Shown here: positions 10,674-22,235 of the stretch, one piece after another
How positions within the stretch are numbered: position 1 is the first letter of the stretch
Layout: the number at the start of each line of letters is the position of its first letter
From: Veleropilina oligotropha
Taxonomy: Eukaryota
Direction of reading: 5' to 3'
DNA: 64,000 bases
Assembly (NCBI GenBank): GCA_048128005.1
Contig: JBEUKZ010000068.1
Coordinates: 310,001-374,000 of the forward strand
Notes under the pieces: model-generated
What the model was told of the DNA's origin: nothing
The model's database searches: none
The model's input: the letters and a program-made list of their open reading frames with translations, nothing else
Position numbers and translations under genes: made by a program

Positions 10674-13600
10674 ATACACACATTATACAGTGGAACTGTA
10701 GAGGATTCAACTCAAATTTCAGTGACATCCAATTATTAGCTCAGGATTTTAAACCATCAGCTTTCTGTCTACAAGAAACTTATTTAAAAAACACAGACAT
10801 TATTAACTTCAGAGGATATGAGCCTTATCACACATACGGCCCACAAGGTGAAAAGGCAACAGGTGGATCATCAATATTCGTTCGGCAAGGAATCATGCAT
10901 AGCGCTGTCGTTCTTACGACAAACTTGCAAGCAGTTGCTATCCGTATTACCTTGCATGTTGCTTTCACCTTGTGCTCATTATATATCCCTCCCTCAACTA
11001 AGCTTACATCAGCTGATCTACAAGATCTATACGATCAACTTCCTAAGCCTTGTATAATCATGGGTGACTTTAATGGTCACAGTCCTCTTTGGGGGAGCAA
11101 CATCCCAAATGACAAAGGAAGGATCATAGAAAACTTATTATCGAATAATGATCTGTGTTTCTATAATAATGGTACAAATACTTATTTACACCCTGCCACA
11201 GGATCGTATTCGGCACTTGATCTTACCCTAACAAGTGCAAATTTATTCAACGAATTTTCATGGTCAGTCCATGATGACCTCTGTGGAAGTGACCATTTCC
11301 CGATTGTACTCAAATCGGTGACACCCAATGACCAGTTACCATTATCAAGATGGAATTTCGCAAAAGCAGACTGGCTTACTTATCACACCTTGTGTGAAAC
11401 TACAATAAAACCCGAGCATGTTGATGTCAATGATCCTATTAAGACATTATCAGATGCTATCATTGACATCGCAAATAAAACAATACCAAAATCCTCTGCA
11501 GTTCCACATATACGTAAACCATGGTTTAATGACGAATGTAAGCAGGCCCGACAAAAGAGAAAAAGGTCTGCAAAACATTTCTATAAATATCCAACCAATG
11601 ACAATCTTGATGCTCTTAGACGTGCCTCGGCCTTGGCCAAACGTACGTTTAAAGCATCAAAACGTCAATCATGGCACCACTTTGTATCAAAAATAAATTC
11701 CAGAACACCCATTTCTAAAGTATGGAATATGGTGCAACGGATAAAAGGCAAATGTTCAAGTAATTCCGTTCATCATCTTAAGCAAGATGACACACTTGTC
11801 ACAAACAAGCTTGACATTGCAAATATATTGGGCGAAACTCTGGAAAGTAATTCTTCATCGAAGAATTACTTGCCAGAGTTCCAGAAATACAAAAAAACAC
11901 AAGAGAAGCAGAAAGTTAACTTCCTTTCGGATAATTCCGAAAATTACAACGATGAATTTTCTGTGACAGAACTACTGACTGCTCTTAGTAAAGCCCACGA
12001 TACAGCTGCTGGTCCTGATGAGATCCACTACCAGCTCCTCAAGCATTTACCCAGCTCATGTTTGGATGTTTTATTGGATATTTTCAACCGTATATGGTCG
12101 ACAGGTGATTTTCCACCTTCATGGCATCAGGCCATAGTTATTCCCTTACCCAAACCTGGAAAAGATCATACAGATCCGTCGAATTATCGACCAATATCTT
12201 TAACGAGCTGCATATGTAAAACCATGGAGCGCATGATTAATGATCGACTTGTTTGGTTTTTAGAATCAAACAATTTTATAAGTGATATCCAGTGTGGATT
12301 CCGTAAAAACCACAGCACAGTCGATCATCTTATAAGACTGGAGTCTTATATTAAAGATGCCTTTGTAAATGGCGACCATGTTGTATCGATCTTTTTCGAC
12401 TTAGAAAAAGCTTACGATACAACATGGAAGCATGGAATTTTAAAAGATCTTCACTCATTGGGATTAAGAGGGCGTTTACCCTTCTTCATTTCTCAATTCT
12501 TAAAAGATAGACAATTCCAAGTACGTTTAGGTTCCACCTTATCCGATTACTACGATCAGGATCAAGGGGTTCCACAGGGAAGTATTTTATCTGTTACACT
12601 TTTTATTATTAAAATTAACAGCCTATCAAAAGTTTTAAATGATTCCATTGATGGATCATTATTTGTAGATGATTTTGGCATATCCTGTCGCGGTAGACAT
12701 ATGCAAACCATTGAACGACAATTACAACTATGTCTTAACAGGATAACGAAATGGTCACATGAAAATGGATTTAAATTTTCAAAGAGCAAAACAAACTGTG
12801 TACACTTTTGTAAGAACTACCGATGCCATGCTGTCCTAAATCTTGCTTTAAATGGAACCCCCATTAAGGTGGTAGATGAAGTAAAATTTCTAGGACTTAT
12901 TCTCGATCGTCGCCTTACGTTTAAACCACATATAACGTACCTTAGAAATAAGTGCCTAAAAGCTATGAACCTTTTAAAAGTAATTGCAAACACAAAGTGG
13001 GGAGGAGATCAGAAAACCCTCCTCAACTTATACAGATCACTAATTAGATCTAAACTAGACTACGGATCCATTGTATACAACGGGGCAAGTAATTCGAATC
13101 TGAAATTGTTGGATCCTATTCATCATCAAGGTTTAAGGCTATCGATGGGAGCGTTTAGAACGTCTCCTAAAGAGAGTCTATATGTTGAATCTGATGAACC
13201 ACCTCTCAGCCAAAGGAGGATTAAACTATCTCTTCAGTACGCTATTAAACTCTACGCAAATCCTATAAATCCAGCATATAGTTGTGTGTTCCAACCACAA
13301 TACGAACACAAATTTCTAGATAAACCTAAGCTAGTCCCACCTCTTGGCATTCGAATAAAGCCTCATATAAATGCCGCTAATATCGATCTTGATCTTATTA
13401 CAACTATTCGTCTCTCTGATATCCCTCCATGGCAATTAAAATTGCCAAGGGTCGACTTATCTTTAACAAAATTTTCGAAATCTGACACAAACGAAGCTGT
13501 TTACAAACAGGAATATGGTAACCTCCGCTCTAAATATGACACCTATCGATCTATTTTCACTGATGGGTCCAAGGATGGGGACAAAGTATCTTGTGCCACC

Positions 13601-14341
13601 ATAATTGGATCCAGAAGTATTACTCATAAACTTCCTGCTCCATGTTCTATTTTCACTGCCGAAGCTAAGGCGATTCTAACAGCTGTGGAATATATCCAAC
13701 ATTCCCAAACAAATAAATATATTATATTTACTGATTCTCTATCTGTTTTACAGGCACTCCAACATCATTCCCTTGCTCATGAATTGATCTTGAAAATTAT
13801 TGAACTCAACCACAGTATCGCTGATCGTAATATTGTGTTTTGTTGGGTGCCGAGTCACGTGGGTATCATTGGAAATAATAGAGCTGATGCAGCTGCCAAA
13901 GCAGCGTTAAATAAAGAGAATGTATATCTTTTAAAAACTATTTACACCGATTTTAAACCTGCCATTTCAACATACATTCGAGGCCTATTTCAAAATTTAT
14001 GGAGCAATCAAATTCATAATAAATTGTTCCAAATCAGGTCCAATATTGGCCCCACACATTTAGACACATCATTCCGATTCGAACAAGTTATTTTAAGGCG
14101 TGTTAGAATCGGACACACTCGACTCACTCACGAATTTTTACTGAAAGGGGAAGATCCACCAGTATGCATATCTTGTGATGAGCAACTCACGGTCAAGCAC
14201 CTCTTGCTTGATTGTGCTGAGTTCGCCCACTCAAGAGACAGATATTTTAATGCTTCAAATCTTAGGGAACTTTTTAAAAATACTGGTGGATCAACAATTT
14301 TATCTTTTATCAAGGACAATGGCCTGATGAATATTTTATAG
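10670..14341 (+). CDS. LINE family B ORF2, 1223 aa (APE, RT, RNase H, CCHC)
   Basis: Same motif set as A ORF2 (QWNCRG, GDFNGH, FFDLEKAYD, FVDD, FTDGS, WVPSHVG, CISC...HLLLDC); overlaps the ORF1 stop as ATGA. Confidence 0.96.
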   Translation: MNTHIIQWNCRGFNSNFSDIQLLAQDFKPSAFCLQETYLKNTDIINFRGYEPYHTYGPQGEKATGGSSIFVRQGIMHSAVVLTTNLQAVAIRITLHVAFTLCSLYIPPSTKLTSADLQDLYDQLPKPCIIMGDFNGHSPLWGSNIPNDKGRIIENLLSNNDLCFYNNGTNTYLHPATGSYSALDLTLTSANLFNEFSWSVHDDLCGSDHFPIVLKSVTPNDQLPLSRWNFAKADWLTYHTLCETTIKPEHVDVNDPIKTLSDAIIDIANKTIPKSSAVPHIRKPWFNDECKQARQKRKRSAKHFYKYPTNDNLDALRRASALAKRTFKASKRQSWHHFVSKINSRTPISKVWNMVQRIKGKCSSNSVHHLKQDDTLVTNKLDIANILGETLESNSSSKNYLPEFQKYKKTQEKQKVNFLSDNSENYNDEFSVTELLTALSKAHDTAAGPDEIHYQLLKHLPSSCLDVLLDIFNRIWSTGDFPPSWHQAIVIPLPKPGKDHTDPSNYRPISLTSCICKTMERMINDRLVWFLESNNFISDIQCGFRKNHSTVDHLIRLESYIKDAFVNGDHVVSIFFDLEKAYDTTWKHGILKDLHSLGLRGRLPFFISQFLKDRQFQVRLGSTLSDYYDQDQGVPQGSILSVTLFIIKINSLSKVLNDSIDGSLFVDDFGISCRGRHMQTIERQLQLCLNRITKWSHENGFKFSKSKTNCVHFCKNYRCHAVLNLALNGTPIKVVDEVKFLGLILDRRLTFKPHITYLRNKCLKAMNLLKVIANTKWGGDQKTLLNLYRSLIRSKLDYGSIVYNGASNSNLKLLDPIHHQGLRLSMGAFRTSPKESLYVESDEPPLSQRRIKLSLQYAIKLYANPINPAYSCVFQPQYEHKFLDKPKLVPPLGIRIKPHINAANIDLDLITTIRLSDIPPWQLKLPRVDLSLTKFSKSDTNEAVYKQEYGNLRSKYDTYRSIFTDGSKDGDKVSCATIIGSRSITHKLPAPCSIFTAEAKAILTAVEYIQHSQTNKYIIFTDSLSVLQALQHHSLAHELILKIIELNHSIADRNIVFCWVPSHVGIIGNNRADAAAKAALNKENVYLLKTIYTDFKPAISTYIRGLFQNLWSNQIHNKLFQIRSNIGPTHLDTSFRFEQVILRRVRIGHTRLTHEFLLKGEDPPVCISCDEQLTVKHLLLDCAEFAHSRDRYFNASNLRELFKNTGGSTILSFIKDNGLMNIL

Positions 14342-17300
14342 GTATATAAATTATTTTATGAACCATTTTTAAAACATCATTGACCATTGTGCTTTTATTA
14401 TTTTTACCATTTCTAATTTTATCCATAACTACATATTTTGCTCTATGATATTGTTTTATTATATTTCATTATTTGACATTGATATTGTTTTTATTATGGC
14501 TTGACTTCATTTTATTGCTACTGTTGTTGTTATTATTTTGCTTTACATCTTTTATTGTTTTTTATTATTTGACATTGATTTTATATTATTTAACATCGTT
14601 TTTAATATCTTCATTATTTAAAATAAATATTACCGTCGCACTATGGCATAATAGTGCCGACAGCGACGATAAATTAACTCACTCACTCACTCCAAAGACC
14701 TGTCCAAATGCAAAACACAAAAGTAAACCTTGGTTTAATGAAGACTGCAGGCAAGCAATAAAAACACGCATACATGCAATTTCAACATTTAAACACAACC
14801 CAACATTACAAAACCTTAATAGCTATAGGCTACTAAGGGCAAAAGCCAGACGTACCATCAAGCAAAGCAAAAGGAAATCCTGGCATTCCTATGTTACCAA
14901 ACTAAACTCTCGTTCCACTATTAAAAACACATGGGATATGATCCGTAAAATCAGCGGCAAACATATACCCAACTGCATCAAGCACATTAAAACAAACACC
15001 TCAGAAGCAACCTCAGCTAAAGACATTGCAAATACTTTGGCAGATACATTTTCTGCCAATTCATCATCCGATAACTGTACACCAAAATTTACCCGTTTCA
15101 AACATCAAAAGGAAAAAACAAGGCTAAACTTTAGATCTAACAATTCTGAATCATACAATCAACCATTTACACGCAAAGAACTCACAGATTCACTAAACAA
15201 GGCACATGACACATCAGCTGGTCCTGATGATATACACTATCAGTTACTAAAGCACTTACCTGAAACATCACTTGCAACTCTCCTTGCATTATTCAATACC
15301 ATTTGGGAAACTGGAATCTTCCCATCCGCATGGAGGGAAGCTACCGTTATTCCAATTCCCAAGGCAGGGAAAGATCCATCGCATGCAAACAGTTATCGAC
15401 CTATAGCTCTGACGAGTTGTATTTGTAAAACCATGGAACGGATGATAAACGAGAGATTAGTTTGGTATCTTGAATCCAATAATTTATTAACAGAATATCA
15501 AAGTGGATTCCATAGGAACCGGAGCACAATTGATCATTTGGTACGTCTGGAAACTTTTGTTCGTGAGGCCTTCTTAAACAGACAACACTTAGTTGCTGTT
15601 TTTTTCGATCTAGAGAAGGCCTACGATACTACATGGAAGTACGGGATTATGAAAGATTGTTTGATTTTGGCTTAAAGGGCAACTTGCCCACTTTTATCTC
15701 AAAATTCCTTGAGGACCGAATTTTTAAAGTCAAGGTGGGTGACACCCTCTCCGACCTTCACGACCAGGAGATGGGTGTCCCTCAAGGAAGTATTTTATCA
15801 GTCACCCTATTCAGTATTAAAATAAACAGTATTGTCAAATGTATTAGTACTGGCACTGACTGTTCATTATTTGTTGACGATTTTGGCATTTGCTATCGTT
15901 CAACAAATATGAACAGTATAGAACGCCAGTTACAACATGGCCTAAATAAATTACAGATATGGTCCGATGAGAATGGATTTAAATTCTCAAAGGACAAAAC
16001 TAAATGCATGCACTTTTGCCAGCGTCGTGAAATACACGACGACCCTGTGCTGAAACTGGATGACTTTAAGATTCCAGTGGTGGACCAATTTAAATTTTTA
16101 GGCCTTATATTTGACCGCAAACTGACTTTCATACCTCATATCAAATATATTAAAGCTAAATGTCAGAAAGCTTTAAATTTAATGAAAGTAGTTTCTAATA
16201 CTGAATGGGGTGCTGATAAAAAAGTTTTACTCCGATTATATAGATCCTTAATTAGATCAAAACTTGATTACGGGAGCATTGTATATGGCTCTGCTCGCCA
16301 TTCTTACCTTAAAATGCTTGATCCAATCCATAATCAAGGGCTTCGATTGGCACTAGGGGCTTTCCGTACATCACCCATGGAAAGCCTTTATGTCGAAGCA
16401 AACGAACCATCACTTACACATAGACGCGAAAAACTTTCACTGCAGTATGCAATTAAATTAAAATCAAATCCATCTAATCCAGCTTTCGAAACTGTATTTA
16501 CACCTAACTACGAAATTCTGTTTCAGGCAAAACCAAACAAAATTGCACCATTAGGCATTCGCATAAAACCAGCACTAGAAAAGTCAAACATAAATATAGA
16601 TCAAATTAAAACAAATTACATTCCGGATACTCCACCATGGACACTAAAAGTACCGGAAATTGACCTAGATCTTACATCACTCAAAAAATCAAATACAGAC
16701 ACATCAGATTATCTCACAAAAGTGAACGATCTGAAATTAAAATATTCAGATCGTGCAAGCATATACACAGATGGTTCAAAAGATGCAGAATTAGTAGGAG
16801 CAGCCGCTGTCACTGGCAGACGATGTTTTCAAAACCGTCTGCCAGGCAGCGCGACTATATTTACTGCGGAACTAAAGGCAATCGAACTTGTACTCAATTT
16901 TATATCAACTAGTATTAATAGGCGTTTTATTATCTATTCAGACTCCCTCTCTAGCTTACAAGCATTGAGGGAGATGAATAGAAACCCTCTTATTTATGAT
17001 ATTTTAATACAGTATAACAATCTTTTACCCTATAATGACATTATTTTATGCTGGATACCAAGTCACATTGGTATCCAAGGCAATGAGAAGGCTGACCAAG
17101 CTGCCAAGGCAGCCTCACATCTTAACCATACACTAAATTGTAAATTACCCCACTCTGATTTTAAACAAAACATAAACAAATATATAAATACTACTTGGCA
17201 GCACTCTTGGAGTGAATGCACAAGGAATAAATTGCATGCAATCAAGCCTCTTCTTGGCGAGTTCCATCTTACAGGATCATTCGCCGCGAAGAGGTTGTCT

Positions 17301-17760
17301 TAGCTAGACTGAGAATTGGGCATTCACACTACACTCACTGCTACCTGCTTAAGGGGGAGCCTCCACCTGAACGACCAACAAGATTAAAGAACCCAAGTCC
17401 ACCCTCCACAGCGAAAACATCTCAAGCATCATCACAAACAAATAAAAATCACCCTGATACTCCAACTCAAAGTACTTCTGAACCATCTAATACAAATCAT
17501 TCAAAATCTTATTCTAGATCTCGATCATCTACTCCGAAATCATTATCTCAGCCCGATTCATCTCGGAATGATACAAACATATCAAAGAAAAAGTCACCCA
17601 GAAAGCCCCAGTCGGGGCGTCCCAAAAAGGGTCAAGACGACCCATTAAAATTACAAAATAGGTTCGAAGATTTAGATCAGGAGTCCATGGAGTTCGAGGA
17701 ACCTCGTCGAAATCGATCCAGAGAACGTAGGTCTCCAATAAAACCCCCGAACTCCAAATC

Positions 17761-20700
17761 ATGAATACAAACATTTTACAATGGAACTGTAGAGGATTTA
17801 ACACAAATTTTAGTGACATCCAATTACTGACACAGGATTTTAAACCATCAGCTTTCTGTTTACAGGAAACATATTTTAAAAACACAGATTTTATTAATTT
17901 TAGAGGGTATGAGCCTTACCACACATATGGGCCCCAAGGTGACAAAGTAACAGGCGGATCATCAATATTCGTTCGGCAAGGTATAATGCATAGTCCTGTT
18001 GACCTTACGACCAACTTGCAAGCAGTTGCTATCCGTATTACCTTGCACGTAACTTTTACCTTATGCTCATTATATATCCCACCTTCAACCAGGCTTACAC
18101 CAGCTGATATACAAGATTTATACGATCAACTTCCAAAGCCATGTATAATCATGGGTGACTTTAACGGTCACAGTCCTCTTTGGGGCGGCAACACCTCAAA
18201 TGACAAAGGAAGGATCATAGAAAACTTACTATCAAATAATGATCTGTGTTTTTTTAATAATGGTACAAATACTTGCACCCCACCACAGGATCGTATTCAG
18301 CACTCGATCTTACACTAACAAGTGCAAATTTGTTGGATGAATTCTCATGGTCAGTCCACGATGACCTCTGTGGAAGTGACCATTTCCCGATTATACTCAA
18401 ATCTGTGACACCCGATGGCCATGTACCATTATCCAGATGGAATTTCGCAAAAGCCGACTGGCTTACTTATCACACCTTGTGTGAAACTACACTAAAATCC
18501 AAGCATTTCGAAGTCAATGATCCTATTAAGGCATTTTCAGATGCTCTCATTGACATCGCAAATAAAACGATACCAAAATCCTCTGCAGTTCCACATATAC
18601 GTAAACCATGGTTCAACGACGACTGTAAGCAGGCTAGAAAAAAAAGAAAGAAAGCCGCAAAACATTTCTATAAATATCCAACTACAGACAATCTTGATGC
18701 TCTTAAACGTGCTTCGGCTGTTGCCAAACGCACGTTTAAGGCATCAAGGCGTGAATCATGGCGAAATTTTGTTTCCAAAATAAACACTAGAACACCCATT
18801 ACCAAAGTGTGGAATATGGTGAAGCGAATCAAAGGAAAAGGTCCAAACAATTCCTTTCACCATCTTAAAGAAGGTGACACACTTGTCACTAACAAGCGTG
18901 ACATAGTAAATAAATTGGGCGAAACTCTGGAGAGTAATTCTTCATCGAAGAATTACTTGCCAGAGTTCCAGAAACACCAAAAAATTCAAGAGAAACAGAG
19001 AGTAAACTTTGATTCAGAGAATTCCGAAAATTACAACGATGAATTTTCTCCGGCTGAATTACTGACTGCTCTTAGTAAAGCCAACGATACGGCTGCTGGG
19101 CCTGATGATATCCACTACCAGCTTCTCAAGCATTTGCCTAGCTCATGTTTGGATGTTTTGTTAGATATTTTCAACCGCATATGGTTAACAGGTGATTTTC
19201 CACCTTCATGGCATAAGGCCATTGTTATTCCCTTACCTAAACCCGGGAAAGATCCTACAGACCCATCAAATTATCGGCCAATATCATTAACAAGCTGCGT
19301 ATGTAAAACCATGGAGTGAATGATAAATGATCGACTTGTTTGGTTCTTAGAATCAAACAATCTTATTACTGATATTCAGTGTGGCTTCCGTAAAAACCAC
19401 AGCACAGTTGATCATCTGGTTCGGCTAGAGTCGTACATTAAAGATGCTTTTGTAAATGGCGACCATGTTGTGTCGATCTTTTTCGACTTAGAAAAAGCCT
19501 ACGATACAACATGGAAGCATGGCATTTTAAAAGATCTTCATTTACTAGGATTAAGAGGCCGTTTACCCCTCTTCATTTCTAAATTTTTAAATGATAGACA
19601 ATTTCAAGTACGTATAGGTTCCACCTTATCGGATTACTACGACCAGGACCAAGGGGTTCCACAAGGAAGTATTTTATCTGTTACACTTTTTAGTATTAAA
19701 ATTAACAGCCTGTCAAAAGTTTTAAATGATTCCATTGATGGATCATTATTTGTAGATGATTTTGGAATATCATGTCGTGGTAGACATATGCAAACGATTG
19801 AACGGCAGTTACAATTATGTCTTAACAGGATCAAAAAATGGTCTCTTGAAAATGGATTCAAATTTTCTATGAGCAAAACTAACTGTGTACACTTTTGTAA
19901 GAACTACCGATGCCATTCTGTTCCAGATCTTAATTTGAATGGAACACCCATTTGATGGGTCAAGTTTCTAGGCCTTATTCTCGACCACCGCCTTACGTTT
20001 AAACCACATATAACGTATCTTAGAAATAAGTGCATGAAAGCTATGAACCTACTTAAAGTAGTTGCAAGCACCAAGTGGGGAGGGGATCAAATAACCCTTC
20101 TCAACCTATACAGATCACTTATTCGTTCAAAACTAGACTACGGGTCAATAGTGTACAGCGGGGCTAGCACATCAATATTACAAATGTTGGATCCAGTTCA
20201 TCACCAAGGCTTAAGGCTCTCTATGGGAGCATTTAGAACGTCCCCAAAAGAGAGTCTTTATGTAGAATCCGATGAACCACCTCTCAGCCAAAGACGGATT
20301 AAGCTTTCGCTCCAATACACCATCAAACTATTTGCAAATCCACTAAATCCTGCATATAGTTGTGTATTTCAACCTCAATATGAACACAAATATCTGGAGA
20401 AACCCAAATTAGTCCCACCTCTCGGCATTCGCATAAGCCCCCACATAAATGCCTGTAATATCAATCTTGATCTTATTGCCACTACTCGTCTCATTGCCGT
20501 TCCTCCATGGCAGCTAAAATTGCCAAAGATCGATTTAACTTTAACAAAAAACGTTAAATCAGACACAAACGAAGCTGTTTTCAAGCAAGAATATGGCCTA
20601 CTCCGGTCGCAATATGATACCTATCGATCTATTTTCACTGATGGGTCTAAGGATGCTGACAAAGTTTCTTGTGCCACCATCATTGGATCCAAAAGTATCA

Positions 20701-21419
20701 CTCACAAACTTCCTGCTCCATGTTCTATTTTTACCGCAGAAGCCAAGGCGATATTGACTGCTGTGGAATATATCCAACGTTCCCAGCCAAATAATTATAT
20801 TATATTTACTGATTCTCTATCCGTCTTACAAGCCCTTCAGCATCAAACCCCCTCTCATGATTTGATATTAAAAATTATTGAACTCTATAACAGTATCACT
20901 GATCGTGATATTGTTTTTGCTTGGGTTCCAAGTCACGTGGGTATTGCTGGAAATGGTAGAGCCGATGAAGCTGCCAAAGAAGCTTTAAATAAAGAAAATG
21001 TGTATCCTTTAAAAACTGTATATACTGATTTTAGACCTGCTATTTCAAAATACACTCGAAATTTGTTCCAAAATTTATGGAGTAGTCAAAAACAAAACAA
21101 ATTATATCAATTTAAGCCAATCATTGGCTACTCGTATTTACACACATCATCCCGATTCGAACAAGTAATTCTAAGGCGAGTTCGAATCGGGCATACTCGT
21201 CTCACTCACGACTTTTTATTGAAAGGAGAAGATCCACCAGTATGCATCTCTTGTGATGAGCAACTCACAGTCAAGCATATCTTGCTTGACTGTGCCGAGT
21301 ATGCCCACACAAGAGGCAGATATTTTACAGTTTCTAATCTTGAAAAACTTTTTAACCATACTGGTGAATCTTCCATTTTATCTTTTATAAAGGACAATGG
21401 TCTCATGCGTAAATTTTAA
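17761..21419 (+). pseudogene. B2 ORF2, disrupted
   Basis: Collinear with B1 ORF2; frameshift near 18275, in-frame stop 19317-19319, deletion/stop near 19955. Confidence 0.92.
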
Positions 21420-22235
21420 TCAAAATTGTTATTTTATATAGCTATAAATAAAGAATTTTTATTTTTATAAATGCAACAATGTTTGAAATTAAATTAATGG
21501 TATACTTCATGCATTACTGTCACTACTGATTTTGTTTTATTGTTTTTCATTATCTGACATTTTTATTACTTTACATTGTTATATCGTTTTTATCTCGTTA
21601 TTATATTTTTAATTTTACTGTAGAATATTTCATTGTCCTTCAATTTCATTATTTAAAACTATTTGTCATTACTTCACCATTTAACCTTGTTACTATATTG
21701 TCCCCCCAGTCGGTTAGGGGTTAGAATATGCCGACTGCTCTCCCTGCAGAGGGGTAAGATTCCCCCAAATGGGAGCCACCTGTTTGCCGTGGGTGGCGAC
21801 CCGTGATGTTGGAGAAGAGGATCCTGGTAGTTGAGCTTCAGCCTCGGCTGAAGCAACACACTACTTTGGCCTCGGATTCAGCTAGACGGGAGGTCAGATA
21901 GGCCCTATCTGATCAATCGGCTTGTCACGCCGTGCCCTGGGATAATTTAACATTTTAACATAACATCATTTAAATTTTACATTTTAAAACATCATATCAT
22001 AGATCACTTACCATCCATTGATCTATATCCCAGAAGGCGGTGGCTGAAGGGTCAATCAAGTGAGGAATGAATGGTGGGATATACACTTCCCACCACTGAT
22101 ATTCATTCTCTTATTTGAGTATATCACCCGGGCATCCCTGGCATTGGGTGCTGGAACTCCGCACTCATAAAATGCCCCCTTGTTGGGCTCCGGGGTGGGC
22201 GGGGACCTCGGGTGATGAAACATAACACACATAAC

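Larger units (their letters stand above)
8727..14690 (+). mobile_element. LINE family B copy B1, full length and intact, nested in A3 ORF2
   Basis: 13-bp TSD tccaaagacctgt at 8713-8725 and 14691-14703; 5' ribozyme, ORF1, ORF2, 3' stem-loop and (actc)n tail. Confidence 0.96.

Noticed and set aside
14473..14690. Hydrophobic, signal-peptide-like N-terminus of the 400-aa ORF 14473-15675
   Set aside because: Chance read-through from the T-rich B1 3'UTR (TTG start) into the resumed A3 ORF2
21713..21724. TTAGGG in the A 5' end and ccctaacc in the 151-bp satellite as telomeric repeats
   Set aside because: Single isolated hexamers, no tandem array
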